DNA of 61,611 nucleotides, counting the filler, from Sminthopsis crassicaudata (lineage: Eukaryota), in NCBI RefSeq assembly GCF_048593235.1. It is 3 parts of 3 records of this genome, joined end to end, with 100 filler letters (N's around TTAATTAATTAA, not from the genome) between each part and the next. Parts side by side here need not be neighbours in the genome. Positions count along the whole stretch, not along the records: positions 1 to 26,959 come from NC_133623.1; 2 more parts are not named here. The stretch is one strand, 5' to 3'. The notes under the pieces were generated by a model that was not told the origin of the DNA, made no database searches, and saw nothing but the letters and a program-made list of their open reading frames with translations. Shown one piece after another: positions 1 to 17,760 of the stretch; position 1 is the stretch's first letter, and every line of letters starts with the position of its first letter. A program made the translations under genes and the position numbers.

Positions 1-560
1 TATGCTGAGTAAACTGAGCAAAGAAACAGGAGACCTTTATACACATCAACACGATATGACAATCAGTTGTGAAGACGGGGCTCTCACAGCCTTCTCTTTG
101 GAGACTGGTGTGGATCACAACGTCATATTCTCACTCTTATTGTTGTTGCTCACTTGCACTTTGTTCTTTGATCTGATTTTTCTTGTGCAGCAAGAGGATT
201 GTATAAATACCTATACATATATTGTGTTCAACATATATTTTAACATGTTTAACATATATTGGATTGTTTGCCATCTAGGGGTGGGGGGTGGGGGGCAAGG
301 AGGGGAAAATCTGAAACTGAAGGCTATACAAGAGTCATTGTTGAAAAATGATCCGTGCACATGTTTTGAAAATAAAAAGCTTTACTAATAATTAATGTGC
401 AACAAGAAAATGGGATTTACACACATATATTGTATCTAGGTTATATTGTAACACATGTAAAATGTATGGGATTGCCTGTCATCGGGGGGAGGGAGTGGAG
501 GGAGGGAGGGGATAATTTGGAAAAATGAATAAAAAAAAAAAAAGAAAAGAAAAAGCTTTA
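1..560 (+). mobile_element. Two adjacent marsupial L1 3'-end (3'UTR) fragments with A-rich tails
   Basis: Motifs such as tttttcttgtgcagcaaga, tatattgtgttcaacatata and gaaaataaaaagc plus a poly-A run at ~528-560 recur in the other L1 3' ends of the window (8290-8990, 37790-38105, 57455-58410). Confidence 0.75.
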
Positions 561-2014
561 AAAATAAGTAAAAAGGGGGGGGGAAGGAGCTAACACGGAC
601 AATGGGGAGAAGCTCGTAGCTTAGTTGGGGAGGGGGAAACATATAAAGAAATGAAGGTTAAGTAAGTGTCAAAACCAGCTTCACAAGGCCAAGAAAAATA
701 TAATGTATTCAATGGGAGAGATCAGAAAAGCCCCAGGTCAACTACGAAAACAGCCACCAGGGGTCAGTGTTGCCTCAAAAATGCCAAGTAAGGAGGCCTA
801 ACAATGGGACCAGTTTTCTGCCACTTGGGATTCAGCAGTACTGTAATGCTGAGGGTTCTGAGGGTGATCTAGGGCAGCTGTCTCCCTAACACGGCCTTCG
901 GCCGCAGTTCCAAATGAACGCATGCGCCCGGATCTCTGCCTCCATCTCCGCCCCAGCTATAGGAAGCCAGAATCTTTCCAAAGTGGAGGTAGTGCTCCCA
1001 CTCGGCCTTCCTCTTCAAGTGCTGAAGCTCAGACTAGATCAGCCCTGAAAGTGTTTAAGAGGTGGTGGTTCTGGGGTTCTTCTCAAACTGGAGATAGGAA
1101 GGAGGAAAAAGCAGGATTGCGCTCAGTCTGGGGGTAGAAGGAACCTCACAGACCAAGGAATTCAACCCCTTTGTTTTATAGACAAGGAAGCTGAAGCTCA
1201 GAGAGCAAAGTGCCTGGTCCAAGGTCACGCAAGTCCTGCATTCTCCCCACTACCCAGCTCCCCCCCACACTGTTTGAACCCCATTTGTGTACCAGGCCTC
1301 AAATTTGTGACTGCAAGGAATACTCCCTTTAGTGTGGTTTCAGTTTAATTAGATTGTTCTCCACTTGACAACTTACTGAAAACAGCTCCGCTGAGCTAAT
1401 GAAAGCAACCACATTTGGAGCTATTTGGAAAAGAATTATCCGAGTTCTGTGCCGAAGAGGCAGAGCTTATTAGGGTATAGTCTGCCTGCCTTCTCCAAGG
1501 AAGCTTTGGGGATTTCACATAGGAGCATTAGAAATCGCCTAGTGAATCTCCATTTTGCAGAAAGGGAGGTCGAGGCCTAGAGCAGGGAAAGGATTTGCCC
1601 AGAGAGGTCTTTGGGTGCCAAATCCAATGACAAACCCCTTGGTACCATGTCCATTTCAAAGGTGCCAGTCACAAGAAGGTCAAGAAAACCAGGGATTCTT
1701 CTGGAGGGCCCATCCTTCCTGGCCATTGGATTGTGAGTCGGTGACTTCGCCTGCCCTATAGCTGCAAAACCCAGCTAATGAGGGTACTTCCCTCCTGGGG
1801 TTGCTGTGGGGAGTTTGTGGGAGTGAGATCATCTTTGTGAATCGCTTTGCCCCCCAAAAAACCCCAAGTGCTATGTCAAGGTTACTGAGCCCTGTGAAGC
1901 TGGGCCTCCCATCTGGCTAGTGAGTCACGTGACTTGCCTACGGTCCCATACTATGAAGTACTTGAACTCAGGCCCCCCCAAACTAAAGCCCAGCAGTTTA
2001 TCCACTGTGCTTAC

Positions 2015-2800
2015 CTTGTCTTTGTGAAATTTGCCTTGCTCCAGATTCTTAGTTATGTCACTTCAAGTGCCTCATGGGATCGGATTTAAACTTAAAGGAA
2101 AGTAAAAATGAACTTAAGAAACTTTCCCTTAGGCTTGTACCCTACCGTGCAGAATACTCTTTGACACAGGCGGTGGCCCTTGTGGGGAAGGAAGGTGTTT
2201 TGTCACGTTTCCAGGACTAGGGGGAAATTAGCTGCTGTGATCCTCCTGGGCCAGCACCCCACAGGGCAGCCAGAAAGCAGGAAGGGAAATCAGAAGCAGA
2301 CTTGCCAGGTCCCCAAAGGGGAGGAAGAAGCTCGGACTTGCGGACTTCGCTGGGACTTGCCCACCAAGCTTCACCCTCACAGTCCCCCCCTCCCCCTTCC
2401 CCCCGCGGCATCAGCCTTTGGTTAAAGGTCTCTAGCGCCACGGACGGCTGGCGAGCCTTATGTCTCCGTGGGCTTCCTGGCAGCCTTCCCCTCTCGGGGC
2501 ACACAGAGCTCGATCCACCCGGAGCGGGGCTCTTTGGGGCTTTGGTCCCATTAAGGGACTACTAAGCGCTGGGCGCTGGGAAACCAGAGAAGTGACTCAC
2601 AGGAAGAAGACAAAATGTGGGATGGAAGCAGGAGCGGGCACCCACCGGGCCGGCCCAGCTGGCAAGGAGGGCGGCGAGCCGAGGAAAGGAGGCGAGGGGC
2701 GATCGGGGCCCTGGGCAGCCCCGCACCCTCTCCCGAGCCGGCAAGGGCCAGAATAGGCGCCCCGAAGTCCACAGAACGGGCCCGAGAAGCGCATCACGCT
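2015..2800 (-). ncRNA. Candidate spliced transcript divergent from the ZWINT promoter (lncRNA or 5'UTR exons of a gene left of the window)
   Basis: Minus-strand donor CCT|gtgagt at 2601; internal exon 2146-2216 (ccccctag| ... CACG|gtaggg); internal exon 2015-2090 (tttactttcctttaag| ... ACAAG|gtaagc). The last exon has stops in all three frames. No expression data. Confidence 0.4.
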
Positions 2801-2849
2801 TCCGCCAGGGAGAACCGGGACCGTTCCGCGCCAAGACACAGTGGCGTCA

Positions 2850-3156
2850 ACGGGGGCGGGGTGGGGCGGGGAGGGGGAGCGTCCCCTCGGCGGCCGCTGG
2901 CCAGTAGCCGCTCCGCGCGCTCATCTGAACCAATGGGAGGCGACCTTCGGCTGAGGAGGCGGGCCCAGACGTAATTGGCAGCAGTCGACCCGAGGTGGGG
3001 ACCGATCAGAGGAAGGGGCGAGTTTAAAGACGACCAATGAGCGCTCGAGAAGCGTAACCGCTGCCGGGGGGAGGGTACGGCTTCCTGCCTCAGCGAATCA
3101 GCTCGGCGACGCCTCCTTTAACTTTCAGCTTTCAGGACCGCGGCGCTTTCGAAGCT
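2850..3156 (+). promoter_or_regulatory. ZWINT: CpG-rich G2/M-type promoter of ZWINT: GC boxes, three CCAAT boxes and a CDE-CHR tandem
   Basis: GGGGCGGGG at ~2852-2870; CCAAT 2930-2934, ATTGG 2974-2978, CCAAT 3034-3038; CGCGG (3139-3143), a 4-nt spacer, then TTCGAA (3148-3153) just before the ATG. TTTAAA at 3023-3028 is a second CHR-like site. Confidence 0.7.
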
Positions 3157-4718
3157 ATGGCGTCTGAGAGTGTTGAGGCTGCAGCTAAAGCCTCGGGCAA
3201 GTAAGCGGGCTGGGGGGGCGGGGCTGGCAGTGCCCGGGGCGTGCGAATGGAGGTGGGAGCAGACTGTCCGTCCCGACCGGGGATCCCGGCGGGGGCGGGG
3301 TGGATGTTTGTCCGGAGATGAGGGATGGGGGTCTGTCAGGGCCAGGGATCAAGGTGTGTGTGTGAGGGCCTATCAGGGCCGGGGTCCAGGTGTGTGTGTG
3401 GGGGGTTCTGCTTGAGCTGGGGATGGAGGTGGAAGGTGGGTGTCTGGGCTGGGGGTTGGATCTGCCAGGGCCGGGGTCGGGAATCTGCCCAGGCCGGAGA
3501 TTGAGGTGTGTGTGTGTTGGGGGGTCTGTCCCAGCCGGGATTGAGGTTGGGGGGTGGGGGCTGGACTTCAGTTCCCGTACTCCAGGTTTTGTGTTCCCCA
3601 CTCTAGGGCTCTGGCTTCAGCCTCCGCGGCCTTAGCAGCTCCCATGGCACAGGAGGATGACATATCCTCTGCCATGCTGGCAGACTTCTTGAAGGTGAGC
3701 ACCCAGAAGGCCCAGCTCGGCCTCTCATGCCCAGAGAGCTCCAAGAGCTGATTCCCCTCCCACAGTGACAGTAAAACTCAGAGAAAACCACTCCCTACCC
3801 TTTAAGATTCTGCCTTAGGAGCAGCGCCCCCCCCCCCTCCCAGGGAAAGTGGAAAGGCATTTGTGAACTCTCCCCAGGACTCCAGGAAGAAGGAGAAGCT
3901 GCTGTGGAGCCAGCTGCAGGTGGCAGATGCCCTCCAGGGCTTCCTGGAGCACATGGACATGATGGTGGACCCCGAAGAAGAAATCCGTAGGCTCCTTCAC
4001 AGCTGTAGCCTGAAGAACTTTGGGGGGGGGGGAAGAAGACTGGCAGGGAGAACTCAACTCGGTTTTTCTCTTCCCTGGCGCAGGCGCAGAAGCCACTACA
4101 GCCCAACAGCTCTGGAAGGACCTGAAAGCCGAGCATCAGAAGCAGGTGGAAGCCATCGAGACGGCACTGCCAAAGGCCCTACTGCAACTGGAGACTAGCC
4201 AGAAGAAGCAGGCTTTATTGGAGCGCGCACTGGGGGAGGCCCAGGCCAAAAGGCAGATTTTAGAGGAGCAGAAAGATTTGGCCCAGGCCTTGCAGAGGCA
4301 TAAGCAGGTGAGGGCAGGCGAGGGCAGGTGAGGGCAGCCGAGGAAGGGAGGGCACCAGGGCAGCAGTCGGGTGGCGACGAGCTGATTTCTGTCCTCACAG
4401 AAAGTTCAAAGGCAGAAGCTAGTGGCTGAAACCCAAGCCCAGAGGGAGCGCCTAGAGAGTGCCAAACGGGAGTGGGAGAAGATGCTGGCCATACAGCGGG
4501 AAAGGCAGGAGAGCGCCCAGAGGTGGGAATCTGCGGCTCGGGGTCCAAGGGGGCAGGGGTGGAAGAAGGCCGGGCTGGAGTGGGGCAGGCCCACGAGCGG
4601 CAGCCTCTGTTTCTGCAGACTTGACACCTTCCTAGGACTTCTGGAGAAGCTGCATGAAGCTGAGGGAGATGGAGGAAACAGAAATCTTTCTGGAGCTGCG
4701 GCAAGCCACCTGCAGTAA
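3157..4718 (+). CDS. ZWINT: ZW10-interacting kinetochore protein, 228 aa; exons 3157-3200, 3607-3694, 3878-3986, 4084-4307, 4401-4522, 4619-4718
   Basis: DSRKKEKLLWSQLQVAD matches recalled human DSQKKDKLLCSQLQVAD; QLWKDLKAEHQKQVEAI matches EQWKELKATYREHVEAI; RLDTFLGLL matches RYQTFLQLL. All introns are GT-AG, phases are consistent, total 687 nt. Confidence 0.9.
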
Positions 4719-4742
4719 CCCCCCCCCCCCAAAGATACAGCC

Positions 4743-4748
4743 AATAAA
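4743..4748 (+). terminator. ZWINT: ZWINT polyadenylation signal AATAAA
   Basis: AATAAA 25 nt after the stop codon, followed by GT/T-rich sequence. Confidence 0.7.
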
Positions 4749-5080
4749 GGTGTCAGCTATTTGTTCTCTCCCAAGATTCATGAGGGTAGCGCCCCATGTG
4801 TCCACTTGGATCACCAGGAAGAGTGGAACCGGACTCTATTAGACCGCCCAGAACTAAGAATTGTGCCAGTAATCACCGAGGTGTCCCTGGGGCCCCCTGG
4901 TTCCTATTCCTTCTCTGCTCTTTCTCCTCTGACCTCCCCCAGCCCACATCCCCAAAGCCAGACCCTGGACTACACTCAGAAAACCAGGCCAGCATAAAGC
5001 CCATATAGACCACCTGGTTCAGATCACCCCCACGCTTCGGGGACCCCACCTTCTTCCTCCTCCAGGCAGCCCTTCTCAGG

Positions 5081-12538
<7,458 letters not shown>

Positions 12539-12959
12539 TTTTGCCCCCTCCCTGCTTCCAGATTCAGCCAGTTCTGTTTTCCTCTTCTTCCTGGACAGCC
12601 CTGGCTGACGGCTCCCGACACCCCCTGGCTCCCTGTCCTTTGAGCTCCCCCTCAAGACTGAGCTGCTTGGGGGGTGGGGGTGGCGGGCATTCTCTGGCCA
12701 GCTGGATGGGGAGGGTTCTTCCCTGGCCCCGGGGCTGAGTGCCAGATGTTGAAGAATATAAGGCAATGGGTTTAGGGTTAAAACCAGTAAATCCCCCTGA
12801 GATACAACCCGCGAACACTGCTCGTTTTGCAGGCAGGGAGAATGGGAAGTAGAGTAGAACCATTGGCTCCCCAGCCCCCAGCCCAGGTGTCTGGGGCCCG
12901 GGTCTCCAAGCCCTTTCCCTTCGGTCTATTTTCTCAGCCCTGGCCATGTTCCAAGGCTA

Positions 12960-13890
12960 GCTTAGATTCCTAATCTCGCCGGGCCTTCGGGTGAGTTTCA
13001 CCTCACGCCCGGGGTTCTTGCTTTAACACAGGAGCAAACGGCTACTTGGCTTAGTTTAAGGGCGCTTTGTGATTAAAAACTACAGTTACTCAACTACCAA
13101 GCCCATTCAGACTGGCGCTGTGACCCCCAGCAAGTCCTCCGCTGTAAAATCAATTTAGACTGGGCACTTAAGAAATGGATCTCTCCCCCTCCTGGACCTA
13201 CGTGCGCCGTCGCTCCAAGAACCCATCGTGGTTCCCAGGCATTTCTGAACCGCCCCTCCCCCCCCCATGGGCCAGGAAACGGACCAGGAAAATCTCCAGG
13301 AGCTTTGGTGGGAATGGGACAATCCTTTTTCCTCTCTCAGCTTCCGGTCCCGGGGTCAAAGGGCCCAGTGGATCTGAAGACAGCACCACCCTAGCCTTTG
13401 CTAGGGAATGTCTTAAACAGAGACTGGATGGGCAAACCCTGAGAAAGTGCCGGAAAGTTCCTCAAAAGCTTTTGGGACCTATCTTGGGACTGAAACCTCT
13501 GTCTACTCAGAGACTGCTCCCCCAGGCTATTCAGAGCCACAGGTCCTCGGGGTGCTATAGGAGAAAAAGCCGTGTAAAGCATCCAAGCCTACCAGCTGGA
13601 GCTTTCAATGAGATGATTATGTTGGCTCTTTAAAGGATTATCTTCCTAGCTAGAGGGAAGGCTGGGAGAGGATAGAGGCCTAGGATTAACAGGGGGCCTC
13701 GAGCCAGCAACCATTACCCCAGATTAAAGGGTGTGGGGAGGGTTAGGGAGGAGACAATGAGGGCCCAGAGGCTAAAGGAAGTGGCTTCTAAAGTGCAGAG
13801 AGGGTCTAATGGAGGAAGTTCCTTTTTGTTGTTTGCTTTTAGAGTGGGTGATAGCGATTTTAAAAGTTCAGCAAAAGTGATTAAGGAATA
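12960..13890 (-). promoter_or_regulatory. GRM6: Putative retinal bipolar-cell promoter/enhancer of GRM6 with clustered K50-homeodomain (TAATC/GATTA) sites
   Basis: TAATCT 12971, TGATTA 13070, TGATTA 13614, GGATTA 13635, GGATTA 13683, AGATTA 13721, TGATTA 13878, in repeat-free sequence 0.4-1.4 kb upstream of the first coding exon. Confidence 0.5.
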
Positions 13891-14399
13891 CATTTTTAAA
13901 AGCCCAACTCACAAACCTAGACGTTATTTGCAAAGTTCTACACCTATTGACCTCCCACCTCCGCGAAAGGGGACTGTAAGTTTGCCTCCCAGATGCAGGC
14001 CGAGGCCGCCCCCCCCCCCACTTTTGTCTCTTCTTCTGGACCAATCAAAAACCTTAAGTTCGGACCACGTGCCTAAAACCCAATTTATTGTCCGTAATTT
14101 CGTTTATTATTTTGTGGTCCCGTGGTCGTAGCCGCTGGATGTGCCTTTTCCCTCATTTCTCTTATTTTAGTCCTCAGAAGTTCACGCAAACCTTCTCCTT
14201 GCCCCGGTGCCGGGGATCACGGGGGCCAGCAGAGGGCACTTGGTGACATCGCGATCGATGGGTGCTGCCTCCAAATGTCCATGTTTTTGCAACCACACCA
14301 ACTCACGCGATACACTTTGCTTGGGTAAGTGAAATGGCACCCTTGGGATAAAGTCTAAGCTCTGGCAACTGAATCAAAGGGCACGGGAGCTAGTCTGGG

Positions 14400-15300
14400 T
14401 GACTTTCTACTCACGATGGCCAACGAAAGGCTTCCCAGAATGGCTGCGCTCATTCAGAGCTCCGCCAAGGGCGCTTTGCAGCTCCCGGCGCGCTCATCTT
14501 TCCGCAGCAACTCCAACAGAGCCACACCCGGCCCATCTCAGGGTAGCCGACCGGGCGGCTCGGGAAGAGCCCGGGAGCCGCTTGCGCGCGAGGCGCCGTC
14601 GGGCAAATTTGCGCCTTCGGGGACTCCCGCGAGCCCTGGCGGTCCTCGAGGGGCTAAGGGGGGGCGGTCCTAAGTCCCCGGGGGAGGGAAGGAAGGGAAT
14701 GCTAGAGGCTGGGGAGAAAGTCGAGATTTTTCCCGCGCAGAGGGCGGGGCTTGACCGCTTACCAGCGCGCCTAAGCACGTGAGTGCTCGCGCACATACGT
14801 GAGTACGTCACCGTGCGTGAGCCTCCACAGCCGGCCGGAAGTCAGAGAAAACGGGGCAGTCTTCCGAGGCTCGCGCTTGCGCTCTCGCGGTTGTTATGGC
14901 CCTGCTACTCCCGCCCAGCCTCGCCTGATTGGCCGCCCCGCCCCAGCCTTAATGAGGGGGCGGAGCATTAATGGGCCAGACCTTGCCGGTGGGCTTCCTT
15001 TCTGGGCGTAGCCGCGGCCGACGCTCGCGGAGGCCCGGATGGCGCTGAGAGCGATGACTCCGGAGCCAGGCTCCGAAGGGCTTAGCGGGAGTTCTCCGCG
15101 GGAATTCGAGTCCGAGTCGGAATCGGACTTCGTGTCAGCGTCGTCGGAGGCGGGAGGGGAACTCGGAGCTGACGGGAAGCGGGTAGTGCCCGGCATCATA
15201 TACCTGGGGCATATCCCGCCGTGCTTCCGGCCCCTGCATGTGCGGAACCTGCTCAGCGTTCACGGCGAAATCGGTCGCGTCTTCTTCCAGCCGGAGGGTG
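14400..15300 (+). promoter_or_regulatory. ABT1: CpG island and housekeeping promoter of ABT1
   Basis: High CpG density; E-box CACGTG 14776-14781, ETS site CCGGAAGT 14835-14842, ATTGG 14928-14932, GC boxes at ~14742, ~14933 and ~14957. Confidence 0.75.
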
Positions 15301-16312
15301 AGCCTCAGCGCACACGCGTGGCGGGAAGGGAGGGCGACCAGTGCGCAGGTGCGGCGGGTGGGGGCGACGGGAAGAGGGGAACGAGAAGGCGGAGCCTGGC
15401 CTCCGAACTCCACCCCCGATGCCTGGAGGATCTCCCAGAAAGGACTGGGTAGGTAGGACCCTCAGTGTTTCCAGCTGCAAAATGGGCCAAGGCCCCGCCC
15501 TCGCTCCCAGTGCTTGTAGTGGGAAGAGAGGGGCGGGGTGGGTGGGTAGGGTGTGTGTAGGTGTAGGAGGAGGAGGGGGGGGGGGCCGTTCTCCCTTTCC
15601 TCCAGGTTTTAGCCTTGACCTCTACCCTTCTGTTCATTTGGCTGACCGGCCCTCCTCCGGGACCCAGACCGATCTGGCCGATTCAGGAAAGTCCGGAGCT
15701 CCTCTGCTGGCCGCCGCTTGCGGCAGGACTACACCGAGGGCTGGGTGGAGTTCCGGGATAAGCGGGTGGCCAAGCTGGTGGTGGCCAGCCTGCACAACAC
15801 GCCCATGGGCACCCAGCGCCGAAGTCCCTACCGATACGATCTGTGGAACCTGAAGGTGAGGCCGGGCAGATGGAAGGGCAGGGCAGAGAGGGCTGGGCTG
15901 GGCCACGTGGTGACCTGGTGGCGGCTTTCCTTCACAGTACTTGCACCGATTCAAGTGGAGCCATTTGAGCGAGCGCCTGGCCTACGAGCGGCAGGTCAGG
16001 CAGCAGCGCCTCCGGGCCGAGATCTCTCAGGCTAAGCGCGAAACAGACTTTTACCTGCAGAGCGTGGAGAAGAGCAAACGGTTCCTGAAGAAGGCCGAAG
16101 CCTCGCCAGCCTCCCGCGGGGAGGATTCTGTGGTGGCCGAGAAGAGCTGGGGCTTCATCCAGCGCCCCACGGAGATGGAGATCAGGAAGCACAGAGAGAT
16201 TCAGAGCAGCCAGGCCAGAGAGCAGCAACTGCAAGCCCAGATCCACAAGTTTGCCAGGAAGGCTCAGCCAAACGAGCCGCTGCTGGCCAAGATCTTCCGG
16301 CCCGGAGCCTGA
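15039..16312 (+). CDS. ABT1: Activator of basal transcription 1 (ESF2-like RRM protein), 273 aa; exons 15039-15297, 15668-15855, 15938-16312
   Basis: [66 protein letters not shown] are ABT1 motifs; GT-AG introns; 822 nt in frame. Confidence 0.95.
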
Positions 16313-16483
16313 GTTTCTGGGAAACTGACCTCAGTGACCTCAACCTTACTAGCACATTGGGAATGACCCCGCAAAATGGGATGTGGAAATCTAGTTCACT
16401 TCTGGATTTCCTGCCCAGTTGAAGCCTTCCACTTACTAATTTGTTTCGACAAACTTTCAGGATGAAATTTTTAGCTTTCAAAC

Positions 16484-16489
16484 AATAAA
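16484..16489 (+). terminator. ABT1: ABT1 proximal polyadenylation signal AATAAA
   Basis: First AATAAA after the stop (172 nt downstream), followed by GT-rich sequence. Confidence 0.65.
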
Positions 16490-17123
16490 ATCTTGCCATT
16501 GGGACTTGTTTCCCGTAATCCTGTCTTTTAAAGAATGCAGTTATTAAAAAAGTGTCTGGCTGTATATTGGCTTTTGGGGCAAGACCACCCAACTCTGGGC
16601 AGCAGCCTGTTTGTCACTGCCCCATTTTTGATTAATGGGTGGTTTGGGGGGGAGGAGGGAACCTTCCAGAGCTGGTGGAAAAGGGATGAGTTGCAGACGA
16701 ATTTGACTCAGATCCAAGCTGAATCCAGGGAGCAGAACGTGCCGTTCAATCCTGTGGCCAGATGGCTAAAGCTCAGCTTTGCTCAGAGAGCAGGGCAGTC
16801 GGTACTCACAGGATGCTGGTGGCCAAGGGGAGCCCAAACCAGGGAGAGAAGGCTTAGCCTGAGAACCTTGGCTTCAGCCTAGATGACAAGGAGCTCCCCC
16901 CCCTCCCCGCCCAAATGCTTGTGAACTAAAGGACACCCTCCTTGGACCTGTAAGGGTGTTCTGCCCTCATTTGCTGACCACACCCTGAGGAAACTGGCAC
17001 TGTTGTCTGTTAAATCATTGTCTCTCCCCAACCCCCCAAAGCCTCAAAGATGAGCCTCTCCCAGAACCCTTTACTGGCTAACCAGGCTTAACTGACCATA
17101 TCCTCCCAGCCTCCTTCCCCCAG

Positions 17124-17124
<1 letters not shown>

Positions 17125-17164
<40 letters not shown>
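17125..17164 (+). repeat. (TG)n microsatellite
   Basis: Direct inspection. Confidence 0.95.
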
Positions 17165-17168
<4 letters not shown>

Positions 17169-17224
17169 CACATGCGCCTCCCCCCCAAGAGAGTCCACTT
17201 TTTTCACAGAACCATCAATCATAG

Positions 17225-17230
17225 TTTATT
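17225..17230 (-). terminator. MBD1: MBD1 polyadenylation signal (AATAAA on the minus strand)
   Basis: TTTATT on +; first minus-strand AATAAA downstream of the terminal-exon stop at 17761. Confidence 0.6.
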
Positions 17231-17760
17231 TAGAAAAATAAAGGTAAGGCAACAAATACAGACCAGCTAAGCAGGCCACGGGGTACATAAAACCAATAAA
17301 GTTCCTTTTGCTTCAGGGATCTCTGTTTTGGGGGGGCACAGCAGAGAAAGGAGTAGCCCTTTGACCCTGCAGGTGCCCCTCCCTAGGGGCTCCACTTCCA
17401 GGACAAATCCAAGCATCCAGGCCCCTCACATTTCTATACATGGGCCCAGCCCATATCCCTGAGGTGAGCTCTATGTGTCAGAGGAGGGGTACCAATGGGG
17501 ACAGGGACAGTGGTGATTCTTTTGGGAGCCACAGAGGGATGAGGCAGGCCAGAAGGGTGGAGATGCTCTGAGAGCAGTCCAGTGGGAGATGGTGAATGCT
17601 GGCTTCTGGGGGCACGGGGGGACGGGGGAAGGGGATCTGCTCTCACCTCAAGCCTTTCCAGTGTAGACCGACTCCTTCAGAGGGTAGTAGGGGAGAACTG
17701 GGGGAAAGGGGGCCCACACGCCAGCTCAGTGCATGGGGACCCAGGGAAAAGGTGGCTAAC

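Noticed and set aside
3863-4718. TRIM-type coiled-coil gene fragment
   Set aside because: The exons join into ZWINT with specific motif matches; there is no RING, B-box or SPRY.
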